Part shown: positions 48,177 to 57,279 of the stretch, in pieces
Layout of the letters: the number at the start of each line of letters is the position of its first letter
Position numbering within the stretch: position 1 is the stretch's first letter
NCBI GenBank assembly: GCA_963664225.1
Contig: OY760937.1
Location: forward strand, 1,984,001-2,048,000
From: Verrucomicrobiia bacterium
Lineage (GTDB): Bacteria > Verrucomicrobiota > Verrucomicrobiia > Limisphaerales > UBA1319
Direction: 5' to 3'
Length of the DNA: 64,000 bases
Notes under the pieces: model-generated
What the model was told of the DNA's origin: nothing
What the model saw: only the letters and a program-made list of their open reading frames with translations
Databases searched by the model: none
Position numbers and translations under genes: made by a program

Positions 48177-50151
48177 GTAGAGTAGGCGAAATGGACGGAT
48201 TGAATGGCCGTGGCCAATGACCGTCGCATTTCGCCCCTCATCGAACCGGACAGGCGGTTTTCCCGCATCCGGCTCTCCGGGGATCATACGTTGCATCGCT
48301 TCGACGTCATCGTTTCCATGCCGCATATTCCGGCATTTGGTATAAACCATAACGCTCATAGAGATCCTCCTTGGGGTATGTGGACCATTGCGCCCGACTA
48401 CATCCGTGTTTGCGCCACAACCATCGTTGTAACTTGCTGCTGACGTATTCGTTCATCTGGCCCATCACCTTGGTGCTGTTCCCGTAGTGAAAGTAACCCT
48501 TCCAACCTTTGAGTTTCTTGTTGAGCTCGGGAATCACCTCTCCGATATCACGCCATAGCGTGCTTCGGTTGAGTTTCTCCCGAATCCCGTCTCGAAACTT
48601 CTTCTGGCTCTTGGGATGGGGTTCCACATGCGGATATTTCCATTTCCCCTTCCCCTGTCGCATTGTTAGCGCGAATCCCAAGAATTTGATGCCATCCTGG
48701 CGGAGGTCCACCAAGCGGGTCTTCTTCTCGTTGAGCACTAACTCGCGTTGCTTCAGCCATCGTTCCAGTCGTTCCATCAGTTCCCGTCCCTGCCCCGGCT
48801 GTCCGAGTATCACGAAATCATCCGCGTATCTCACCATCACGGGTTTGAGTTCGCAGCGTTCGTTGACTTCCCAATCCAACTGGTTGAGGTATGCATTGGC
48901 TAAAATCGGCGATACAACCCCGCCTTGCGGAGTCCCCCGTCGATTCTGACCTTGCCCCCCCTTTGTCCCGCCTTTCCCTGTGTCGCTTTGCGGTTCATTC
49001 ACGGGCGCGCGCAGCCATCCTGCGATCAGCTTGAGAATTGTTCCATCGCTGACCCGCTTGGCCACTATGCGCAACAAACGCCTGTGGGGAATGCTGTCAA
49101 AATACCCGCTTAAGTCCGCGTCTATAACTTCGACGCGTCCTGTCAGCGTAGCCTTCTTGATCGCCTCCATTGCTTGGTGGGCATTGCGTTTGGGATGATA
49201 GGCGTAACTGTTCGGATGACTATCGGCTTCCAGAATCGGCAGCAATACAATCACCACCGCTGTCTGCACCACCCGGTCTTTCACTGTCGGGATGCCCAGG
49301 GGTCGCAGCTTCCCGTCTCCTTTTGGTATATACACACGCTTCACCGGGCTTGGCCGATACTTCTTCGTGCGTAACTCCTCCAGCAGTTGGTTCCGCCATT
49401 GGTCCCAGGCTTCGTCGCTGGCAAGATAGACGTCGCATGTCTGCCCGTCGATCCCAGCCGCGCCATTGTTGTGCGCCACGGAGGCCATTGCCGTTTCCAG
49501 CACGTCCTTCCGCAGCAGTTCTCCGTAGAGGCTGTAAAACCGATACTTCGGCTCAGCCTTGGCTTTGCAATATAGCGCTCGCTGCAGCTTTTGAACTTTT
49601 ATCGGGGTTGTTATCCGTTGAAAAAGTGTTTCCACTCCCTCAAGGCCATCTCCCTGTCCCTCGCTGTTTTGATTCGCTTCGATCCAAGTGCCTTCCCTTG
49701 GCTCCGCCGGGGTTTTGGTCGCCCCAGCTTCTTCGCTACTATGGAAGACTCCGACTTCTCTGGCTGCCCGTGCGGCCTCGGAGGGTGTTCCTCCTTGCAC
49801 CGGCGGTTGAGGCTTTATCGCCCCGCCTCCAGAGATCTCCCAGCTTACCTTGGTTTCCCTTCCTGTCGTGTCGCCCTCGCTGACTCCGCCGGAATCAACA
49901 GCGCCCATTTGACGATTTGATGACGCCGCGTTTCTGCCTTCGCCGTTCGGGTAGCGGCTCGGCTTACCGGTTATTTCGGTTTCGGAGCTCATTTGATGAG
50001 GTTTACTTTCGTTACGACCCGACAGTTCTTTCAGCGTCCCGCTTGTGGTTCGGCCTCACGGCCTCGTCCCGGACGCTGCATTTCGGTCGTGAACCGTCTA
50101 ATTCGACCGGCGGGACTTTCACCCACGAGGCTACCAATTTCACTGGCGCAC
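48177..50151 (-). mobile_element. Group II intron (1975 nt) with EBS1/EBS2, IIB-like
   Basis: 5' GTGCG at 50151; domain V GAGCCGGATGCGGGAAAACCGCCTGTCCGGTTC; domain VI ending CCTACTCTAC at 48177. Confidence 0.95.
48307..49635 (-). CDS. ltrA: Group II intron reverse transcriptase/maturase, no HNH endonuclease domain
   Basis: RPLGIPTVKDRVVQ, DADLSGYFDSI, GTPQGG, RYADD, FLGF, domain X; probable start GTG 49635. Confidence 0.93.
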   Translation of the reverse strand: METLFQRITTPIKVQKLQRALYCKAKAEPKYRFYSLYGELLRKDVLETAMASVAHNNGAAGIDGQTCDVYLASDEAWDQWRNQLLEELRTKKYRPSPVKRVYIPKGDGKLRPLGIPTVKDRVVQTAVVIVLLPILEADSHPNSYAYHPKRNAHQAMEAIKKATLTGRVEVIDADLSGYFDSIPHRRLLRIVAKRVSDGTILKLIAGWLRAPVNEPQSDTGKGGTKGGQGQNRRGTPQGGVVSPILANAYLNQLDWEVNERCELKPVMVRYADDFVILGQPGQGRELMERLERWLKQRELVLNEKKTRLVDLRQDGIKFLGFALTMRQGKGKWKYPHVEPHPKSQKKFRDGIREKLNRSTLWRDIGEVIPELNKKLKGWKGYFHYGNSTKVMGQMNEYVSSKLQRWLWRKHGCSRAQWSTYPKEDLYERYGLYQMPEYAAWKR

Positions 50152-50152
50152 A

Positions 50153-51684
50153 CCCGAACTCCGAGATAGAAAAAGAGGTCGCAATGCGCAACCTTCTGAG
50201 GCAATAGGGTTTGATGCTAAACAAGCCCGCTTCAGACTCGCACAAAACGACCCCAGTCGAAATTAGCGCTCTTTTCGGCCAAGCCAAGCTCTATCTGGAT
50301 GAGACTCCCAAGGCCATAACCCCCTTCGGCGGTCTGGCTTCATTCATAACCTTTTTGGGTCAGATCGGCTATGCGCAGGCGGTGCAGCGGTGCTTGCCGT
50401 TTGCCGCGCCCACTTCACCTAATGCCATTCCTCTAGCCCATACGCTGACCAGTTTTATCGTATCTGTGGTGGCGGGAGCACGCCGCTTTGCCCACTGTCA
50501 GTGGCTGCGTGCCGATCATGTTCTGCACGCCATGCTGGGGATGGAACGTTTCCCGGGCGATGACACCATCCGCAACTTCTTCCTGCACTTTGGCCAGGGC
50601 CACATCGAAGCGTTCTGGCGACCGCTCTGGCGATGGCTGCTCAATCTGCTGGCCTGCCCCAAGGCAGGCTTCTCGTTGGATCTGGATTCGACCGTGTTCT
50701 GCCGGGAGGGTTCGCAGGAGGGGGCTGCCAAGGGGTACAATCCACGCCGCAAGGGGCGCAAGAGCCATCATCCGCTCCTGGCGGTGCTGGCCGAAGCGCC
50801 GTTTATCCTGCATGGATGGTTGCGCAGCGGCAACACCGGAGCCGCGCGCGGGGTGGTGCCGTTTTTGCAGGAGGCATTGGCCCTGTTGCCCGAGGGAACG
50901 TGGATTCGGTGCGTGCGTGCCGACAGCGGGTTCTTCGATGAGGCGTTAGTGACGTTTTTGGAAATGCGCAAATTAACCTACATTGTGGTGGCGCGCATGA
51001 CCTCCACGATCAAATACCATTGCGTGGGAATCCAGAACTGGAAAGCCATCGATGAAAATCATGCCGTGGGGGAGTTTAGAGCCCAACTCTTTGGCTGGTC
51101 CACTGCCCGGCGATTCGTGGTGCTGCGGGAGCGGATCAGGGAAGACAAGGAGGCTCTGGGTCGCAAGCTCATTGATGTGCCCGGTTACACCTTTCGAGTG
51201 TGCGTCACCAACCGAAGTGAAGGCGCGCTGGAACTGTGGAGGGACTACAACGGAAGGGCCACCATCGAGCAGCGGATCGAGGAGCTGAAGAATGATCTGG
51301 CTGCCAACGGTTTTTGCCTGAAATCGTTTTTCGCCACCGAGTCGGCGTTTCTGGCGGTGCTCTTCACATTCAACCTGCTGAGTCTTTACCAGCATCAGAC
51401 CACTCCAACCCAGCCATACCGCCAGCCAGGAACATTGCGGACGACGGTTTTTCTGGCGGGAGCCCTCTTGGGAACGATGGGGCGTGATGTGGTGGTGAGG
51501 CTCTCGGCGGCCTGGGGTGGACTGGCTAAACACAAGCCGTTGATAGAAACCACGTTGAACTGGTTGAAAAGCGCGTCGCCGAAGTTGGTGCCACCGGAAG
51601 CCCGGCAAGCTTTCGGAGGGGGCGGAATATGACCGGAGGGGTTAGCGGTTCCCTAAAAAAACCGACCTAACTTCGGAGTTCGGG
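50153..51684 (+). mobile_element. IS1380-family insertion sequence (1532 bp)
   Basis: 12-bp perfect IRs CCCGAACTCCGA / TCGGAGTTCGGG; 5-bp TSD TTTAA restored on removing the intron. Confidence 0.92.
50211..51632 (+). CDS. IS1380-family DDE transposase
   Basis: TPFGGL, LDLDST, GYNP, HPLLA, LRSGN, VRADSGF, YNGRATIEQRIEELK. Confidence 0.93.
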   Translation: MMLNKPASDSHKTTPVEISALFGQAKLYLDETPKAITPFGGLASFITFLGQIGYAQAVQRCLPFAAPTSPNAIPLAHTLTSFIVSVVAGARRFAHCQWLRADHVLHAMLGMERFPGDDTIRNFFLHFGQGHIEAFWRPLWRWLLNLLACPKAGFSLDLDSTVFCREGSQEGAAKGYNPRRKGRKSHHPLLAVLAEAPFILHGWLRSGNTGAARGVVPFLQEALALLPEGTWIRCVRADSGFFDEALVTFLEMRKLTYIVVARMTSTIKYHCVGIQNWKAIDENHAVGEFRAQLFGWSTARRFVVLRERIREDKEALGRKLIDVPGYTFRVCVTNRSEGALELWRDYNGRATIEQRIEELKNDLAANGFCLKSFFATESAFLAVLFTFNLLSLYQHQTTPTQPYRQPGTLRTTVFLAGALLGTMGRDVVVRLSAAWGGLAKHKPLIETTLNWLKSASPKLVPPEARQAFGGGGI

Positions 51685-51797
51685 TTTAAAACATACAAAT
51701 CCAACAGATAACAGGCTAGTTTTGTCTGTGTTTGCTCTCGATCAAGTTTTGCATTTCAGATTGAAGGTTTTTCCAGGTTCCTGCATCTAAAGGAGAT

Positions 51798-53132
51798 ATG
51801 AACAACTCGTTGGGATTGTCGCCCTGGCGCCGGGCCGCCGCCGGAATTTTGTCGTGTTCCCTATTTTTGGGACTGTCCTCATATCTTCAAGCGGAGAATT
51901 GGCCGCAATGGCGGGGTCCGCTCCTCAATGGGGCCACCACGGAGACCAATCTTCCCTCGCAGATCGATAAGACGAACGCCTTGTGGACCGTGCCGATGCC
52001 GGGAAAAAGCGGCGCCACGCCGATCATCTGGCAGGACCGTGTGTTCATCTCCAGCCCGGATTCGGAAAAAAATATCCACTTGATTTGCATCAACCGCGTG
52101 GACGGCAAAGTGCTTTGGGACAATCGCCTGGCTACGGGCGATCTGCAGGTGGGCAAAAACAACGCCGCATCGCCGTCCCCCGTGACCGATGGCAAAACGG
52201 TCTGGTTGATTTGCGCCACGGGAGACATTGCCGCTTATGATTTCACCGGACGCGAACTCTGGAAGCGGAACCTGGCCAGGGAATACGGCGCATTTTCCTA
52301 TATGTGGCTCTACGGCAGCTCGCCGCTGCTGCTCGATGGAAGACTCTATATCCCTGTATTACAACGTGATACGCCAGCCTATGCGCATGCCAAGGATGAC
52401 AAGCCGGAGCGTGAGTCCTACCTGCTCTGCCTGGATGCGGCCACAGGCAAGAATCTCTGGCGCCACATCCGCCCGACCGATGCCATCGAGGAATCACAAG
52501 AGTCTTATGCCACGCCAGTTCCATTCGAATTCGAGGGGCGCAAGGAAATCCTGCTGGTGGGCGGGGATTATGTGACCGGGCACGATCCGGAAACCGGCGC
52601 GGAACTCTGGCGTTGTGGTGGATTGAATCCCAAGAAGTCGCACTGGGGCCGCACTATTACGTCGGTATCAACTTCGCCTGGAATGATTTATGCGTGCAGC
52701 GCCAAACGCGAAGTCATGCTGGCCGTGAAGGCTGGCGGCAAGGGACTGGTTACCGGCACGCATGTGGCGTGGACTTATACGGAGAACGTGCCGGACGTGT
52801 GTACCCCGCTCTATTATCAAGGCCAACTCTTTGTGCTGGATGGGGATAAGCAGATGATGACCTGCATGGATCCACGGTCCGGCGAGATCAAATGGCAGGG
52901 CAAGCTCGGCGTGCGCGAGATCTTTAGCGCGTCGCCGATGGGCGCGGATGGCAAAATCTATTGCTTCAGCGAGGATGGTTCCGTGGTGGTGCTGGCCGCC
53001 GGGAACGAGTTCAAAATACTGAGCACCAGTAACTTGGGCGAAGGCCCCAGCATGTCCACGATTGCCGCCGCACAAGGCCAGGTCTTTGTCCGCACCGCAA
53101 AGAACCTCTACTGCTTCGGTCTTAAGAAGTAA
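51798..53132 (+). CDS. PQQ-binding-like beta-propeller repeat protein (secreted)
   Basis: ENWPQWRGP, repeated G-LW/SP motifs, C-terminal VRT-LYC. Confidence 0.9.
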   Translation: MNNSLGLSPWRRAAAGILSCSLFLGLSSYLQAENWPQWRGPLLNGATTETNLPSQIDKTNALWTVPMPGKSGATPIIWQDRVFISSPDSEKNIHLICINRVDGKVLWDNRLATGDLQVGKNNAASPSPVTDGKTVWLICATGDIAAYDFTGRELWKRNLAREYGAFSYMWLYGSSPLLLDGRLYIPVLQRDTPAYAHAKDDKPERESYLLCLDAATGKNLWRHIRPTDAIEESQESYATPVPFEFEGRKEILLVGGDYVTGHDPETGAELWRCGGLNPKKSHWGRTITSVSTSPGMIYACSAKREVMLAVKAGGKGLVTGTHVAWTYTENVPDVCTPLYYQGQLFVLDGDKQMMTCMDPRSGEIKWQGKLGVREIFSASPMGADGKIYCFSEDGSVVVLAAGNEFKILSTSNLGEGPSMSTIAAAQGQVFVRTAKNLYCFGLKK

Positions 53133-53143
53133 GCGTTCAACCG

Positions 53144-53181
53144 GTTGACCGTGGGTTGACCAGAGTTGACCGCGGTTGACC
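53144..53181. repeat. Four direct GTTGACC repeats with 10-11 bp spacing
   Basis: Copies at 53144, 53155, 53165 and 53175. Confidence 0.75.
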
Positions 53182-53426
53182 GAATTGGGGTCTGGCACGC
53201 GATTGTAACAATTCGCCGCCTGACAAGCCGCCAGTTTTTCATTAGGATTCACACCGCGATTTTGGGCGCACGCAACTCCCAGGGAGTGTCCATAAGGATT
53301 GGATTGCCGGGTTGTAAAAAACGTTCTGCCGGGCGATACTGACCGCGTTAGAGCGACGCACCGGGGACTAATTCCACGGGACGGGCGGCCGCAAAAAATA
53401 TTGCAGCAAACACGGCGACATGGATT

Positions 53427-55571
53427 ATGCCTAAATTGGCGGACGAACCCTTTTTGAATCGGGAGTTAAGCTGGCTGGCCTTTAACCGCCGGGTGCTGGC
53501 GGAGGCGCAGAATCCGGAGAATCCACTTTTGGAGCGCCTGAAATTCTTCACGATTTTCAGTTCGAACCTCGATGAATATTTCGAGGTGCGCGTGGCGGGG
53601 CTCAAGCAGCAGATCGAAAGCGGCGTGGTCGAACGCAGCGACGAAGGGATGACCCCGGCGGAAACCTTCCAGGCCATTGTCAAAATGGTGCGTGAACTGG
53701 TCGATTTCCAATACAAATGCTGGAGGAAGGAGATCGCCCCCGCACTCGCCAAAAACGGCATCCGGCTGCTGGAGTTCAACCAACTCAGCGCCACGGACTC
53801 GCAGTGGGTGGATGTCTATTACAAGGCCGAGGTGCGGCCTGTGCTCACGCCGCTGGCGATCGATCCATCGCATCCATTCCCGCAGTTGTTCAATAAATCG
53901 CTCAACCTGATTGTCGAGCTGGAAACGGACCAGCCGGGCGACAAAAAGCTCCGACTGGCGATTGTTCAAGTGCCACGGATTCTGCCCCGGCTCATTCGAC
54001 TCCCGCGGCCGGACAAGGCGCAGGATTACCTGCCGCTGGGACGCCTGATCAGCCATTACCTGGGCGATCTTTTTGCGGGAATGACCATTCGCGGCTACTG
54101 GCTTTTCCGCGTGACGCGAAACAGCGAACTCTACATCGACGGCGAAGAGACCGCCAACCTGCTCAAGGCGGTGGAGAACGAACTGAAGAATCGTCGGCGC
54201 GGTGCGGCGGTGCGTCTCGAAGTCGAGGGGAATTGCCCGGAACCGATCCTCAACCAACTGCTCAAGAATCTCAATCTCACTCCCGACGATTTGTATCGCA
54301 TCGATGGTCCTTTGAGTCCGGGACGGTTGATGCTCATTTATAGCGAGAACCACGCGCCGGAGTTGCGCGATCCCTCCTTTTTCGCGCCCACGCCACGGAC
54401 GCTGAGCCACCCCGCGGATATTTTTGCCTCCATCAAAAAACAGGATATTCTGCTCCACCACCCCTACGATAATTTCGAGGGGGTGGCGGCCTTTCTGGAA
54501 CGCGCCGCCGAGGATCCCAAGGTGCTGGCCATCAAGCAGACGCTCTACCGCACCGGAGGGGATCCGCGCATCGTCGGCGCGCTGATGCGGGCGGTCAACA
54601 ACGGCAAACAAGTCACCGCGGTGGTGGAACTCAAGGCGCGGTTCGATGAGGCCAACAATATCGAATGGGCGCGACGACTTGAGGAGGCCGGGGTTCATGT
54701 GGTCTATGGTTTGGTGCGCTACAAAATCCACGGGAAGATTTGTTTGGTGGTGCGCCGCGAGGATTTGGGCATTCGCCGTTATGTCCATGTGAGCACAGGC
54801 AATTACAACCCCATCACCTCGCGCATTTACACGGACTTGGGGTTGCTGACGTGCCATCCGGATTTCGGCGAGGACGCCACCAACCTGTTCAATCTTTTGA
54901 CGGGCATCTGCCAGTTTCAAGGGATGCGCCAGTTCATGGTCGCGCCATTCCAACTGCACGAGCGGATCCTGGCCCTGATCGAACGGGAAATTCCCAACGC
55001 CGCCCAGGGACTGCCGGCGCGCATCATTGCCAAGATGAATTCGCTGGTGGACCCCCAGATCATCAAGGCTCTTTACCGGGCCTCGGCCGCAGGGGTGAAA
55101 ATCGATCTGATCGTGCGGGGAATCTGCTGCCTGCGCCCCGGCGTGAAGGGTCTGAGCGAAAACATCACCGTGCGTGGTGTGGTGGATCGCTTTCTGGAAC
55201 ACAGCCGCATTTTCTATTTCGAAAACGCCTGCCAGCCCGAGGTCTATCTGGGCAGCGCGGATTGGATGCCCCGGAATTTCTTCGGACGCGTGGAAATCGT
55301 GTTCCCCATTTTGGACGGCATGCTGTGCGAAAGAATCCGGGAGGAGATTCTGGAAACAAGCCTCAAAGACAACGTCAAGACCTGGTATTTGAACGAGAGC
55401 GGAGCCTACTCCCGGGTGGTTCGCAAGAAGGGCGAGAAGCCGTTCCGCAGCCAGTCTGAATTCATCGCCATGGCCATTGCCTCCCAGGTGCCGCCTGAGA
55501 AGGCCAAAGATAAATTCCCCCAAGTCCAAACTAACAAGACGCCAGACCTGTCGGCCACGAAGTTGCAGTAG
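53427..55571 (+). CDS. ppk1: Polyphosphate kinase 1
   Basis: NRELSWLAFNRRVL, LLHHPY, IKQTLYR, ELKARFDE, TGNYN, RFLEHSR, SADWM. Confidence 0.97.
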   Translation: MPKLADEPFLNRELSWLAFNRRVLAEAQNPENPLLERLKFFTIFSSNLDEYFEVRVAGLKQQIESGVVERSDEGMTPAETFQAIVKMVRELVDFQYKCWRKEIAPALAKNGIRLLEFNQLSATDSQWVDVYYKAEVRPVLTPLAIDPSHPFPQLFNKSLNLIVELETDQPGDKKLRLAIVQVPRILPRLIRLPRPDKAQDYLPLGRLISHYLGDLFAGMTIRGYWLFRVTRNSELYIDGEETANLLKAVENELKNRRRGAAVRLEVEGNCPEPILNQLLKNLNLTPDDLYRIDGPLSPGRLMLIYSENHAPELRDPSFFAPTPRTLSHPADIFASIKKQDILLHHPYDNFEGVAAFLERAAEDPKVLAIKQTLYRTGGDPRIVGALMRAVNNGKQVTAVVELKARFDEANNIEWARRLEEAGVHVVYGLVRYKIHGKICLVVRREDLGIRRYVHVSTGNYNPITSRIYTDLGLLTCHPDFGEDATNLFNLLTGICQFQGMRQFMVAPFQLHERILALIEREIPNAAQGLPARIIAKMNSLVDPQIIKALYRASAAGVKIDLIVRGICCLRPGVKGLSENITVRGVVDRFLEHSRIFYFENACQPEVYLGSADWMPRNFFGRVEIVFPILDGMLCERIREEILETSLKDNVKTWYLNESGAYSRVVRKKGEKPFRSQSEFIAMAIASQVPPEKAKDKFPQVQTNKTPDLSATKLQ

Positions 55572-55620
55572 TAAGCCACGGTGAATGCGGAGGAGCGCAG
55601 ATTTTAAAACGCCAATGGGC

Positions 55621-57217
55621 GCGGGTGTATGACAGAATTCTTCGGCAAGCGAAAAAGGGTGGTTTGAGTGGTGCCGCCGCGTGGGGTTGACGGGCGAAGA
55701 AGTGGGGCGCGAATAAAGCATCACGCGGAGGCGCGGAGAACGCGGAGAATTAGAGTGGATGGGATCCGAAAAGCCACCTCACCCCGGCCCAATGGCTTCC
55801 CAAGCCCGCCACGAGTTGGTGGCCCAATAAGGGACGTGCGCTTCGCGCATCGTGGTCCCCTGAGCGGAGAGGGAGGAGTGTTGGGCGGCTCTGGTGAGAT
55901 TGGATGGTTGGGAAGGTGCCGCCGCGTGGGGTCGGTTCAGGAGGAAAATATCAGTTGGATGGTGAAATAGGGCACGCCCTCATCCCGCCTTCTCCCCCAG
56001 GAGAAGGAGAAGTTTCGCAAGTTGCGGGTTGAATTGAGTGGTCTGGAAGGTGGCGGCGCGTGGGGTTGGTTGAGGACAGAATGGATAATGGACAATTGAT
56101 AATGGACAATCAAAGAAATTGAAGTTTCGAAAGTCGCGGGGTGAAGGGTGGTTTGAGTGGTGCCGCCGCGTGGGGTTGGTTCGTGAAGAAATAATTAGTT
56201 GGAGGGTGAAATAGGGCACGCCCTCATCCCGGCCTTCTCCCCCAGGAGAAGGAGGAGTTTTGGGAGCCTTGGGTTTATTGCACGGTTTGGAGGTGCCGCC
56301 GCGTGGGGTTGGTTCATAAAAGAAGGTCCAACGAAGCGGCGCATTCGTCGCCATTACGCGCGTCCAATTGGTTCTCGCTCGCGAGCGGGGGAGGCGTATT
56401 TGCTCTTCCAAAGTCATCGAGTTCATGCCAGAAACGTCTCATGTTCCACGTTGCCAGCGCGCGTTCTTTGCGCAAGAGGCCCAGTTGGGCCGAAAAGCTC
56501 GTTTGGAAGTGGCTGCGGGATCGGCGATTCAGTGCTTTCAAATTCCGTCGGCAGCATCCCGTGGGTACTTACTGCCTTGATTTTTACTGCGTGGAGGCGC
56601 GGCTTTCCATTGAACTGGATGGCAGGCAGCACGGACATCCAGACCAGAAGGCTCACGATGCAGAACGCGCGAAATTCCTCGCTTCGATGGGCATAAAAGA
56701 ATTGCGCTTCTGGAACTCCCGTTTGAAGCGGGAGCAACAAGCGATTCGGGACATGATTTTCCTGGAGTTGCAGGAACGTTCTCCCCATCCATTGCCTCGT
56801 TACACGAGGCCGATGACACCATGCGATTCTCGGCCATTGGGAGATGGAATTTGCCTTCCGTGATTGAGTGCCGTCTATTGAAAGTGAGAAAAATGGATTG
56901 ACGCACGCCCTCATCCCTCCTTCTCCCCCAGGAGAAGGAGGAGTTTTGCGAGGTGTCGGTGTATTTGGATGGTTTGGGAGCTGCCACCGCGTGGGGTTGG
57001 CTCGTGAAGGAAACTTTAGTTGGAGTGTGAAATAGGGCACGCCCTCATCCCGCCTTCTCCCCCAGGAGAAGGGGGAGTTTTGGGAGCCTTGGGTTTATTG
57101 CACGGTTTGGAGGATGCCGCCGCGTCGGATTACATGCTCCACACCGGAGCCTGGATTCCATGCTGGGTTCGCACGGTTTAGGTTTCTACCCGCTTCCTGT
57201 TTTTTGTCCTGCGCCCG
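55621..57217. repeat. Mosaic repeat cluster surrounding a DUF559 gene
   Basis: CCTTCTCC-CCCA-GGAGAAGG hairpin at 55988, 56233, 56919 and 57053; GGTGCCGCCGCGTGGGGTTGG-like motif about 6 times. Confidence 0.9.
56441..56863 (+). CDS. DUF559 / Vsr-like endonuclease domain protein
   Basis: ARSLRK...AEKLVWKWLR, FKFRRQHPVG-Y-LDFYC, IELDG-QH, D-ER, LRFWN. Confidence 0.9.
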   Translation: MFHVASARSLRKRPSWAEKLVWKWLRDRRFSAFKFRRQHPVGTYCLDFYCVEARLSIELDGRQHGHPDQKAHDAERAKFLASMGIKELRFWNSRLKREQQAIRDMIFLELQERSPHPLPRYTRPMTPCDSRPLGDGICLP

Positions 57218-57279
57218 AGTTTATTAGCGTTCACAAATTGTATTTGTCAGGCAGTCTGTCGAGTGTTCTAATCCATCCT

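Noticed and set aside
48307..49992. RT as a DGR/retron enzyme, and the 561-aa N-terminal extension
   Set aside because: YADD, domain X and flanking domains V/VI identify a group II IEP; the extension overlaps structured ribozyme domains including the EBS loops.
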